A stretch of 64,000 nt of DNA from Candidatus Bathyarchaeota archaeon (GTDB taxonomy: Archaea > Thermoproteota > Bathyarchaeia > 40CM-2-53-6): positions 128,001-192,000 of the forward strand of contig CAWHWX010000019.1 in assembly GCA_963833125.1 (NCBI GenBank), read 5' to 3'. The number at the start of each line of letters is the position of its first letter. The first letter of the stretch is position 1. The position numbers and the translations under genes are program-made. Below, piece by piece: positions 53,032 through 62,654 of this stretch. The notes beneath the pieces are model-generated. The model saw only the letters and a list, made by a program, of their open reading frames with translations, had not been told where the DNA came from and made no database searches.

Positions 53032-53709
53032 ATGGCAGTAGACGAAGCCAACGCTTTCATGGAAGTACTGTCCAAGAGCCCCCAATTCAAGGTACTCACA
53101 ATACTTTCTCAACGCCCGCAAGAGGACCTTACGAAGACAGAGATCGCTCAAAAGGCTGGTATTGGTCGCACAACCCTATACAGGGTGTGGGACGATCTTG
53201 AGAGAATGAAAGCAATATCCCCTTCACGACACGTGGGCGCCGTTACTCTTTATCGGATGAACTCGCAAAGCCCAGTAGTGCAATCGTTCCTCAACATCAC
53301 TAGAAGCCTTACTACTGTAACCGACGCAGTGGCTCGAATTGAGCAACTCCGCAAACTTCAGGATTCTGCCAAGAGTGAATTCGGGGACGCGATACCCGCT
53401 GGTCCCAGCGTCTTAGTAAAACTTCTTCGTGCAAACGCGATTTCACCGGAAACCGGTAAGCCGAAATCAGATCTGCACCTTTCCTCATCTGAGGGTGAGG
53501 GCCTCAAGGGCCTCATGAGTGCGGGTTTAATTTTCGACAAGGCTGGAAGTTACTATCTTACTCAACTTGGAAACCAAACGGCTCAGGGAGCGGCGAAGAT
53601 TTGGTCTTCTGAAAGTTCACAGTCAGTCGACCAAGCCATATCAACTGCACGTGTCGCATTGAACCTGATCAACCAAGAGATCAGGAAGCTCAAGAGTCAA
53701 GCAAAATAA
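53032..53709 (+). CDS. Transcriptional regulator with two winged-helix domains
   Basis: LTKTEIAQKAGIGRTTLYR; LMSAGLI...YYLTQLG. Confidence 0.75.
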   Translation: MAVDEANAFMEVLSKSPQFKVLTILSQRPQEDLTKTEIAQKAGIGRTTLYRVWDDLERMKAISPSRHVGAVTLYRMNSQSPVVQSFLNITRSLTTVTDAVARIEQLRKLQDSAKSEFGDAIPAGPSVLVKLLRANAISPETGKPKSDLHLSSSEGEGLKGLMSAGLIFDKAGSYYLTQLGNQTAQGAAKIWSSESSQSVDQAISTARVALNLINQEIRKLKSQAK

Positions 53710-53787
53710 CCTAACCTAATTTCTTGCCGATCATCTCCGATCTCGTATCGGAGAAACTTTAAGTTGTGCGCTCACTTCGAGTGAGTT

Positions 53788-55443
53788 ATGCCGATAGATA
53801 CGAGGTATTTGTTCATCACCGGCGGTGTAATGTCCGGTATAGGTAAGGGAATTACCACCGCATCAATCGCAAAGATTCTTCAAACTCGGGGCTTCAAAAT
53901 CTCAGCGATGAAAATAGACCCCTACCTCAACGTTGACGCAGGAACAATGAACCCGGTCGCCCACGGTGAAGTGTTCGTTACTGATGACGGTGGGGAGATT
54001 GATATGGACCTTGGAACCTACGAACGATTCTTGGACATTAATCTCTCCCGAAGTCACAATACGACAACTGGTCAAATCTACACTTCCGTCATCAACAAAG
54101 AACGGCGTGGTGACTTTCTCGGTCAATGTGTACAAATAATTCCGCACATCACCGATGAAATCAAATCCGTCGTGAGGGGCATCGCAGCAAAAACCCAACC
54201 TGACGTGCTTCTCGTAGAAATAGGTGGGACAGTTGGCGACATTGAGAGCCTTCCTTACCTTGAGGCTGCTCGTGAACTAAAGCTTGAGGAAGGTCAAAGG
54301 AATGTCTTGTTTGTTCATGTCACTTTAGTCCCGGCGTTAGATGTGGTTGGTGAACAGAAAACGAAACCGACTCAGCACAGTGTTCAGGAGCTGCGAAGGA
54401 TCGGTATCCAACCTGACCTAATCGTCGCGAGAACTAATGGACCACTAATGACGGGACCTCGCAAGAAGATAGCTTTGTTCTGTAACGTCGAGGAGCGTGG
54501 TGTATTTTCTTCAGCCGACCTGCCCACAATTTACCAGGGGCCGGTCGAACTTGATTCGCAGGGAATGGGAAATTTCCTGATCGAACGATTTTCTTTGGAT
54601 AAGCATGAGGTTGACTGGGGTCCATGGAATAGGGTAGTGGCTTCGATAGCCAATCCGCACGAGGTTGTTCGAATTGCGCTCTGCGGCAAATACGCTGAAC
54701 TTGCTGACTCCTACGTTAGCGTTAACGAGGCATTGAAGCATGCGGGTGGAGCGTGCGACGCACGAGTTGAGATAGACTGGATTGAGACAGAGGTCTTCGA
54801 GAATGAACCATCTAACTGTTCTATTTTGTCCCGTTTCGATGGAATTCTTGTCCCGGGAGGGTTCGGTTCGAGGGGTACAGAAGGGAAGATCGCTGCGTTG
54901 GCCTATGCGTGCGAGAAGAATATTCCTACTCTCGGAATATGTTTCGGATTCCAGATGGCTGTTCTTGAATTCTGTCGCCACTTAGGGATGAAGAATGCAA
55001 ACAGCACCGAAATAGACCCCAAGACTCCCTATCCTGCAATTGATCTGATGCCCGAGCAAATTGGTGTCGAAACGAAGGGTGCGACGATGAGGCTTGGTGC
55101 CCACGAAATACGCGTCATGCCCAACACCCTAGCCAGCTATCTATACGGGAGAGAGATAATTTCTGAACGCCATAGACACAGGTACGAAGTGAACCCAGAA
55201 TACATATCCAAAATCGAGAAAGCCGGAGGTGTCTTTTCAGCCCGAAGCATGGACGGGAGAAGAATGGAAATTTTCGAGTTGCCGGACAAATACTTCTACA
55301 TGGGTACGCAGTTCCATGCGGAATTCAAATCAAGACCAGTCAGGCCGTCGCCACCTTACTATGGGTTGATCAAAGCATCGCTTGACAAGAAACTCGGAAA
55401 ATCGGCGCCAGAATTGACACCCCTTATTCGAGAGACTGCATAG
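53788..55443 (+). CDS. pyrG: CTP synthase
   Basis: GGVMSGIGKG, KIDPYLN, KTKPTQ, GICFG, ERHRHRYE, QFHAE. Confidence 0.98.
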   Translation: MPIDTRYLFITGGVMSGIGKGITTASIAKILQTRGFKISAMKIDPYLNVDAGTMNPVAHGEVFVTDDGGEIDMDLGTYERFLDINLSRSHNTTTGQIYTSVINKERRGDFLGQCVQIIPHITDEIKSVVRGIAAKTQPDVLLVEIGGTVGDIESLPYLEAARELKLEEGQRNVLFVHVTLVPALDVVGEQKTKPTQHSVQELRRIGIQPDLIVARTNGPLMTGPRKKIALFCNVEERGVFSSADLPTIYQGPVELDSQGMGNFLIERFSLDKHEVDWGPWNRVVASIANPHEVVRIALCGKYAELADSYVSVNEALKHAGGACDARVEIDWIETEVFENEPSNCSILSRFDGILVPGGFGSRGTEGKIAALAYACEKNIPTLGICFGFQMAVLEFCRHLGMKNANSTEIDPKTPYPAIDLMPEQIGVETKGATMRLGAHEIRVMPNTLASYLYGREIISERHRHRYEVNPEYISKIEKAGGVFSARSMDGRRMEIFELPDKYFYMGTQFHAEFKSRPVRPSPPYYGLIKASLDKKLGKSAPELTPLIRETA

Positions 55444-55464
55444 TCGAAATACCGAAAACGTAGT

Positions 55465-56316
55465 TCAACCCTTATCCAGAAACCCAAAAGCGACTACAGC
55501 TTTCGGATCGCCTATCCTTGAGAGCCTCCGGTAGCACAGCATATGCCCTTTCTCAATCGTTCGAAAATGGTGCTTCGATAACATGGTCAAGATTCTGCGA
55601 TTCCTTAACGGGCAGGTGATCTCAACGGGCCTGCTTTCCATCTTGTCTAGACCGAGACGAAGCATCGATTCCAGCTCTGCTCGGCCGAGACCGAATGATA
55701 TCCATGGTCCGAGTTCGTACATATCGGCGTACTTCTTGGCGAATAAGTAGGACCGTTTTGACCTAGTTGCGCAGCCGAGATACCATGCAGACCCTGAATC
55801 TAGCATATCGACGAAGAGTCGTGTCCTATCGGCTCCAAAAGCCTTCTTATCCATCGCCAGCAAGGCACTTACAGGCATTTTTCCGTGTTCGCTCGACTTA
55901 GGTACACTCCTTGGTGTGGGTCGTCCTTCTCGTCGAAACCTCGCGAATCGCGGCCCAACGACAAATCCGAGCTTACGGTAGAAGTCGATGGTTTCATCGA
56001 AAGAATACAGGACTACGCGGGCGACTCGTTCTTTCTCTAGGTAGCCTATTGCATGTTTGACGAGAGCCTGGCCGATGTGTTTTCCTCTCCATGATTTATC
56101 GACAACGACGTTGCCGATCCACGCGATTTGCTTTCCGTAGCTTGCAGTCGTTGCAAGGCCGACCCTTCGCGCGTTTTCCATCGCGATGAAACTGCCTCGC
56201 GGATTGAGGCGTAAAATCCTCTCGAAATCCCGGGCCGGAATCCCCCACTCTTCTTGATCCGCGAGCCGCACCGCGAAGCTGATGTCGTCACGGCGCATCT
56301 TTCTGATTCGTAGCAA
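55465..56316 (-). CDS. GNAT family acetyltransferase (two-domain)
   Basis: VVVDKSWRGKHIG, FYRKLGF, DKKAFGADR. Confidence 0.88.
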   Translation of the reverse strand: MLRIRKMRRDDISFAVRLADQEEWGIPARDFERILRLNPRGSFIAMENARRVGLATTASYGKQIAWIGNVVVDKSWRGKHIGQALVKHAIGYLEKERVARVVLYSFDETIDFYRKLGFVVGPRFARFRREGRPTPRSVPKSSEHGKMPVSALLAMDKKAFGADRTRLFVDMLDSGSAWYLGCATRSKRSYLFAKKYADMYELGPWISFGLGRAELESMLRLGLDKMESRPVEITCPLRNRRILTMLSKHHFRTIEKGHMLCYRRLSRIGDPKAVVAFGFLDKG

Positions 56317-56340
56317 TGCGGGAGCAGCTTCAAGGTTAGG

Positions 56341-57645
56341 TTAAGGGTATATGCGATTGATTAGGCGTGGGAATGCTATCGCGTCACGGATGTGTTCAAG
56401 GCCGCAGACCCATGCTACGGTTCTCTCGACTCCCATTCCAAACCCTGCATGTGGAACCGTCCCATAACGGCGGAGCTCCGTGTACCACTTGTAATCGTCG
56501 GGTTTCAATTCCTCCTCCTTTATCCTAGCGAGGAGTTGTTCGAGGACGTGAATGCGTTGCCCGCCTCCAGTAATCTCACCGTACCCTTCTGGGGCTAGTA
56601 GGTCTACTGAGAGGGTGACCTTCGGGTTTTGCGGGTCAGGCATATGGTAGAATGCTTTAATTTCCTTCGGAAAGCGGCTGACAAAAAACGGCAACTCAAA
56701 GCCTTGGGTGAGAACTTTCTCTTCCTCGTAGCCGAGGTCCTTTCCCCACTTGAACGTGGGCATCGATTCTCGGATCTTCTCTACTGCTTGGTCGTATGTG
56801 ATTCTTGGGAAGGGCGGTTGAACTTTCACGAGTTTGCTTGCGTCGCGGCCAAGTAACTTCAATTCCTCCGGCATCTTCTGCGCGATCTGCTGGCACATGT
56901 GGGTAACCAGCTCCTCCTCGAGTTGCATTAACCCATCAAGGTCCAGCCAAGGCGCTTCAACTTCAAGGTGCCAGTACTCCGTAAGGTGTCTCCTCGTACG
57001 GGACTTTTCGGCTCTGAACGACGGTGCTACAGTGAAAATCTTGCCGACGCTTGCAATCATCGCTTCTGCGTAGAGCTGCCAGCTTTGGGAGAGGTACGCT
57101 TTCTGTTTGAAGTACTTGACTGGGAAGAGGGTCGAGCCTCCCTCCACCGCCGCGTTTACGAGTATCGGGACTTGAACCTCAAGGTAACCGTGATCCATTA
57201 ACCACCTCCGTGCTTCCTCTATCAAACGGCTTCTCAATCGGATGGTAGCTTGCATTTTCTCGTTACGAATCCACAAGTGTCGGTAATCCAGCAGAAAATC
57301 TGGCCCGTGGTACTTCCTTGCAATAGGGTATCCATCCTGCGCAGGGAAAAGTACACTTACTTTCTCTCCTCGAATTTCGTATCCTCGTGGGGCCCGGGGG
57401 TCCTTCTTCACTTCACCTGAAACTTCGATGGTGCTCTCTATTGGAGTCGTGCTGAGTTTGTCGAAGGTCTCCGGATCAATCTTGTCTTTTTTCAGTGTAC
57501 ATTGGATGACGCCTGAGCCGTCGCGTAGTTGTAGGAAGAGTATTCCTCCGCTGCTGCGTATGTGGTGCAGCCATCCTCTCAGCGCAACACGGGTTCCATC
57601 GAACCTACCGTCCAATATTTCTGCTATAGTTTGAACAGTATCCAT
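56341..57645 (-). CDS. asnS: Asparagine--tRNA ligase
   Basis: FLLDYRHLWIR, YLSQSWQLY, FRAEKSRTRRHLTE, EITGGGQR, PHAGFGMGVER. Confidence 0.9.
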   Translation of the reverse strand: MDTVQTIAEILDGRFDGTRVALRGWLHHIRSSGGILFLQLRDGSGVIQCTLKKDKIDPETFDKLSTTPIESTIEVSGEVKKDPRAPRGYEIRGEKVSVLFPAQDGYPIARKYHGPDFLLDYRHLWIRNEKMQATIRLRSRLIEEARRWLMDHGYLEVQVPILVNAAVEGGSTLFPVKYFKQKAYLSQSWQLYAEAMIASVGKIFTVAPSFRAEKSRTRRHLTEYWHLEVEAPWLDLDGLMQLEEELVTHMCQQIAQKMPEELKLLGRDASKLVKVQPPFPRITYDQAVEKIRESMPTFKWGKDLGYEEEKVLTQGFELPFFVSRFPKEIKAFYHMPDPQNPKVTLSVDLLAPEGYGEITGGGQRIHVLEQLLARIKEEELKPDDYKWYTELRRYGTVPHAGFGMGVERTVAWVCGLEHIRDAIAFPRLINRIYP

Positions 57646-57822
57646 CAACAATGAACCTCGGAAAATATTTGGTGCCTGAAATGTGCGAGTCGTCGGTTAA
57701 ACCGGTTCGGTTCGGGGGTTAAAACAGTCACTCATGGGTCGGGCACCTTGAGGGGAGCAACAGCGAATCCGTATTTAAGGTAACTTCAGGAAATCGACAA
57801 CCGAGGAAGCAGCAGACATTGT

Positions 57823-58178
57823 CTACTTGATTCCGATGCCGAATGCTGCGCTCACGCCCTTCAAAACGAATGCAACTCCGATAGCTACAATCAGTATGTT
57901 CATGACGGTGTTGAGAATCATTAGGGTGGATGGGCTCAACACACGGGCCAACTTGTTACTTGACCTCAGAATGAGCCAAGCCAAAAGAACATTAACAACA
58001 ATTGCCGCGATAGTCGTCAATACGCCGCAATTACAATGGCTCGATTCGCAATCATATTCTTCTGACGCCCAGTTGCATTCGCCGTAAGCCCCTGAAAGAA
58101 CGGAATCACACCAATCGGATTAAGAACTACGAAGAGGGTGAGAATGTCTGAGCCCATGTATTCCAGAAACATGTTCAT
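57823..58178 (-). pseudogene. MarC family protein with internal deletion
   Basis: N-terminus LFVVLNPIGVIPFF and C-terminus MNILIVAIGVAFVLKG are joined out of frame; central part missing. Confidence 0.7.
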
Positions 58179-58258
58179 AGTTCCATCATCTCTGATGCTC
58201 GATCACACTTCAGCCTTTATGTAAATGATGAGTTTGTCTATTCAGAGGGATCTAAGCC

Positions 58259-60121
58259 ATGTCCTCGATAATGAGCATGAACGTCAAGAGACTGGGACAG
58301 ATTCTGAAGGAAGGTGCCGAAGGTCAGGTTGGTGAAAGCGGATTGCGCCTCGAAGGCGCAAGCCGCACGTATTGGCCTCTGGTTAGTAAGTTGCTAATTT
58401 CAGACTTCAGGTATGACCGATCATATGTAACGGCCCAAGACATGTTCAAGAAACCCTCGGCAAGGTTTGCGGCAATAGATGGGTCGATGGACCAGGATCT
58501 ACTCGGTGGGCTCGCAGTGTTCTGGGCGGGGGCATATGCCGCAACGGGATCAATCACCTACATGAAGAACGAACGCCCTGCTGTAACTTACGATACCCAT
58601 TTTATTGAGAAAGGGCATGGCCTTGCGAGCTGTATCCCAATCTACGTTGATTCGATTCCAGAAGTCGAACCCCAAAGCACCTTCAACGCATCTGAGAATC
58701 AGGCGATCTCAGGTCCTCTAACTGATCAATCTACGGTAGACAACTCAACCATAGCCAATTGGATTATGCTGTTCTCGGAGCTTTACTTGGCGTATACTAT
58801 TGCAAAAACCAAAGAGTTCCAAATTATCCTGCTTGACCGCTCACTCTCTGGCACTCAGTCCAGCCTACTACATGACACCTCCAAGAGAGCCCTCTGGAAA
58901 CGTGAATGCGCTACCCTACGAATTACCAGCGACGGCCTGAGGCTTGATGAGCAAGACCTAGCATTCAGCAGATACCGCACCCGAGACAGCGGAGGTTTGC
59001 TTCCGCCACGAGGCGACTACCTCCGTCACTCGGCCATGTTTCTAATGGAACAACTCCAAACGGATCTCACCGTAGACGAAGTTGCCACCCGATTGAACAT
59101 TAAGTCCGACCCTCTGAGAGTCGAAAAATTGGACAGGTACTTAACGAGAGCTGCTAAAGAGGGCAAGTATTTTCTCAAATCCAATGGCAAGTTTTCCTTG
59201 ATGCCTAACTTATTGACGGCGTGGGATCGAACTCAGAAAATGGTCGAGTACGTTGGTCAACGCTTTTTCGCGAGCAACCTTGGGAACCCGCTTCAGATTA
59301 CAGACGGTGGAGAATCAAGATGGTTAACCACCCTTGACCTGGCTTTCCTCTGTTTGTTTACGTTGAACATGCTTGTTGAGACTTGCCGACTCAACAAAGT
59401 TCTGCTCATCGGAATCACTAAGGACACAACTGCAAGGGATATGATTACGCATCTCATTCCGTTATGTGTCGAACGTCACATTTGGGCTGGGAATTCGGAG
59501 CACGTGGCGACCACGGATCGCATGTTATTGCAAGCTTTGAGCATGTTCCATCATGACCAAGTCCAAGTTCCTTGGGCCACCATTGAGTATGACACATCAT
59601 TTCAGACAATTGTTGGACGATTCAACGATGTGAAAGGAGACGTTTCGGGCGCCGTAAAGAATCGGATAATCCAAGAACAGCTCTTCGTCAAATCATATAT
59701 TCAATTGGATAAGGCTAAGTCTGATGATCAGTTCAGAAGCAATGTATTGTTCATTGATCGGCTATACCTACCGTCAGAGAACGCGCCAACTCTCATGCTC
59801 AAACATGAGTATGGGGGAGCCGTTGAAGAGGTAAAACCGGTTCTATGGCAAGGAGCGAGCTCCAAGAATCCAATTCAAGAGCTGATGATGGTTACGCTGA
59901 AAGCTATGACTCATGACAGTATTCCAGAAATATTCGGCCACAATGAGCCCCTTTACATCGCAGATAAGATAGCTAAGGCCCAGCGAACTAACGCGTCTCA
60001 AATGATTAGGGGAATGGGACATTGGCTCATCTCGCACCCAAAACTGAGAAAATACTCATTCTACATGAACACCTTCCGGTCACGAAGGAGCGAAATAGAA
60101 AATGCTAGAACCCGAACTTAA
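58259..60121 (+). CDS. Large NurA-family nuclease
   Basis: AAIDGS, LLDRSL, IGITKD, GHNEPLYIADK; overlaps the herA-like gene. Confidence 0.8.
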   Translation: MSSIMSMNVKRLGQILKEGAEGQVGESGLRLEGASRTYWPLVSKLLISDFRYDRSYVTAQDMFKKPSARFAAIDGSMDQDLLGGLAVFWAGAYAATGSITYMKNERPAVTYDTHFIEKGHGLASCIPIYVDSIPEVEPQSTFNASENQAISGPLTDQSTVDNSTIANWIMLFSELYLAYTIAKTKEFQIILLDRSLSGTQSSLLHDTSKRALWKRECATLRITSDGLRLDEQDLAFSRYRTRDSGGLLPPRGDYLRHSAMFLMEQLQTDLTVDEVATRLNIKSDPLRVEKLDRYLTRAAKEGKYFLKSNGKFSLMPNLLTAWDRTQKMVEYVGQRFFASNLGNPLQITDGGESRWLTTLDLAFLCLFTLNMLVETCRLNKVLLIGITKDTTARDMITHLIPLCVERHIWAGNSEHVATTDRMLLQALSMFHHDQVQVPWATIEYDTSFQTIVGRFNDVKGDVSGAVKNRIIQEQLFVKSYIQLDKAKSDDQFRSNVLFIDRLYLPSENAPTLMLKHEYGGAVEEVKPVLWQGASSKNPIQELMMVTLKAMTHDSIPEIFGHNEPLYIADKIAKAQRTNASQMIRGMGHWLISHPKLRKYSFYMNTFRSRRSEIENARTRT

Positions 60122-61973
60122 CCGACAATTCACCGACTTCGACGGCCGATTCGAAGGAAGACTTGCTGCCGTCTACGCCATAAGACGAACAGATGTCTCA
60201 GCTGAGACCACTGGTTTTTCTGCCAAATATGAATGCCGCGTTAAAGCCCAATACCAAAAAGACCTCATGGGCATGCTCGAAGAGGGAATGCTGCTCGCAG
60301 TACGTAACTTCAAAGCCAAGAAATACGACGGGAAGAGATTTACCCTTTTTGAGGTCTCGCGGATTGGACCAGAACATTTCGGACTGCGAGGCCTCTCAGA
60401 CCAAAACTACTATCCATACCAGTTCGAAATAATTGAACAAAGCGTTGCAGATTGGGACACAGACGATAAAGCAACGATGATAATACAACTCAGCGCAATA
60501 CCCCTCAACTACGACTTGATTCTAGACGGGTCGGAGCAACGGTATGTCAAAGGATTCACCTACCCTGTAGTAGGCGAACGCGCATTCATCCTAAACAAGG
60601 GCACAATCCATCGGATGTACAACCGAAAACTCCTGGATGAGCTTGGACTCGTGTGGAATGAAAAGATCGCCACCACCTCTGATGCTAGAAAAGACCCACG
60701 CGTGGGCACGATCAAGATGTTCCAAGAGGAAGATGGTGCAGTTCCGATCTACGTTAGTTTCGAGCGACTCGTACGCTACCACTTCGGAGTATTCTCCTTC
60801 ACCGGCGGCGGGAAGAGCAACCTACTTTCCAATATCCTTCGAAGAATAATCTACCATTCTAAAACGAAGACCGTGATCTTCGACATTTCGATGGAGTATC
60901 CATTCCTTCTACAAGACGTATTTGTGGATAAGACAATCAATAGCAAGATAATCACCGAGATGCCGGTCGAAGACGCAGACCACCTCCGGAAAGTCATAGT
61001 AACCCCCAGGGACTTCGAAAAATATGACCTAACCCCGAACCTAGAGAATATCTTCTCTCAAGGAAAATTGGGCCATTATGCAGAGGCAGGAAGACCCCCA
61101 CCGACATTCGAGAACATTCTAGAACAAATTAGGCTCCTGGAGAAAGGGGAGGGCGACAAACAAGTAAACCTGGATGCTATCCATGAAATCGAAGAAAAAG
61201 TACTTGAGTGGTTAAGGGATAACCGGGCAGATCGGTTTGGTATTGTAACCCCGGAATTTCTCGACTACTTACAGTCGGTTGCTACAACCGCGGTTGAGAA
61301 ATTCAAGGTTTGGAAGAGCGGGTCACTCGCTGCTTGGGCTGGTACAAGGTCTGAACTCAAGTCATCGCTCAGTCGAGCAGCAAAGACCATCGATAAAAAT
61401 GCCTACACCACCGAAAAACTATTGGGCCTTTTGGACGGCGATACGAGGCTCCTGTGTCTATCCGTTGCGGAGCCAAGTATTATCAAGAAACTTGCTATAG
61501 ATCTAACATCCGAGATGCTCAGACGGAGGAAACGGGAATTTCAAGTTGAACCCCAAATCCTGTTCGTCTTCGACGAAGCCCAAGAATTCATTCCCGCCTA
61601 TGACAAAGCCAGAGGAATAGATCTTACCTGCACTTATCGCATCGAAACTCTGCTCCGGCAGGGAAGGAAGTATGGGCTTGGCGGTTGCGTCGCGACGCAG
61701 AGAATCGCTTACCTCAACACAAACGCTTTGCAACAACTACATACCTACTTTGTCGGCCCATTACCTCGGCCATACGATCGTAGTCTCGTGAGCAGCACGT
61801 TCACGATCGATCAGGGAATTCTTGAAAAAACTCTTGAATTCGCTCCAGGCCAATGGCTACTCTCTAGCTACATTGCGACAGGGATGGAAAACGTTCCCAT
61901 ATTCATAACAGCAGACAACTCCGAAAAGGAACTGCAAAAGGTTATCGCGGAACCGAAACCAAAAGCAACCTAA
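60102..61973 (+). CDS. HerA/FtsK-family ATPase
   Basis: N-terminal barrel; HFGVFSFTGGGKSN, FVFDEAQEF, RQGRKYG, ATQR. Confidence 0.88.
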   Translation: MLEPELNRQFTDFDGRFEGRLAAVYAIRRTDVSAETTGFSAKYECRVKAQYQKDLMGMLEEGMLLAVRNFKAKKYDGKRFTLFEVSRIGPEHFGLRGLSDQNYYPYQFEIIEQSVADWDTDDKATMIIQLSAIPLNYDLILDGSEQRYVKGFTYPVVGERAFILNKGTIHRMYNRKLLDELGLVWNEKIATTSDARKDPRVGTIKMFQEEDGAVPIYVSFERLVRYHFGVFSFTGGGKSNLLSNILRRIIYHSKTKTVIFDISMEYPFLLQDVFVDKTINSKIITEMPVEDADHLRKVIVTPRDFEKYDLTPNLENIFSQGKLGHYAEAGRPPPTFENILEQIRLLEKGEGDKQVNLDAIHEIEEKVLEWLRDNRADRFGIVTPEFLDYLQSVATTAVEKFKVWKSGSLAAWAGTRSELKSSLSRAAKTIDKNAYTTEKLLGLLDGDTRLLCLSVAEPSIIKKLAIDLTSEMLRRRKREFQVEPQILFVFDEAQEFIPAYDKARGIDLTCTYRIETLLRQGRKYGLGGCVATQRIAYLNTNALQQLHTYFVGPLPRPYDRSLVSSTFTIDQGILEKTLEFAPGQWLLSSYIATGMENVPIFITADNSEKELQKVIAEPKPKAT

Positions 61974-62059
61974 CTCCCGCGCTTGCCTTCTTTCCTAAGA
62001 TTCGCCCATCAATTAACTATTTAATGCCGTCAAGCTCTGCCCATACACCGTGAAGCTCG

Positions 62060-62644
62060 TTGGCCCCGCCAGACCCTCAACTGACAAAGAAATTGGCTGA
62101 GATGAAGACATTCCTAGAGCGTCGCCTAAAGCAGCAGGAAGAGGAAGCAAACTACCTGCGATCTTTCTTGGAAGTTGTCGACACGCTTCTCGCGGAGAGA
62201 AGCTTCCGACCTGTCGACATCGGAGTTGCAACCAGCGCGCCCCCAACTAAGCCTCCAACGATGCCTCAAGCATCTGAGAAGACTCCATCTGACAATGTGC
62301 CAATCATGACCACCGACGGCGTCCGGATCGCCTCAATGACCATCGAAGCAAATGATCTTCGCGTTGTACCCGAACCCGGCATCAACTTGGACTCCAATTC
62401 CCCACCTCTACGTTCGTTTCTCATGGCAAAAGTCTTAGAACCCATGCAGGGCAAAGACAAAGAAGCCGCGACGGCAGGATCCCTACAACCCGAAAACATG
62501 CTTACCTACGATGTTGAGCAGGAGGAGGGGCACCTCAAGTCCATTCACGTGCAGAACTATGGAGACGACCGCAGGCTGCTCGAGTTGAAGAATGCAATAA
62601 GGTGGACGTTCCGGAGAATGTATGAGAAAACTGGACCGAAATGA
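62060..62644 (+). CDS. Hypothetical protein (N-terminal coiled coil, Pro-rich linker)
   Basis: 194-aa ORF with protein-like composition; ends IRWTFRRMYEK. Confidence 0.7.
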   Translation: MAPPDPQLTKKLAEMKTFLERRLKQQEEEANYLRSFLEVVDTLLAERSFRPVDIGVATSAPPTKPPTMPQASEKTPSDNVPIMTTDGVRIASMTIEANDLRVVPEPGINLDSNSPPLRSFLMAKVLEPMQGKDKEAATAGSLQPENMLTYDVEQEEGHLKSIHVQNYGDDRRLLELKNAIRWTFRRMYEKTGPK

Positions 62645-62654
62645 ATTCGCTAAC

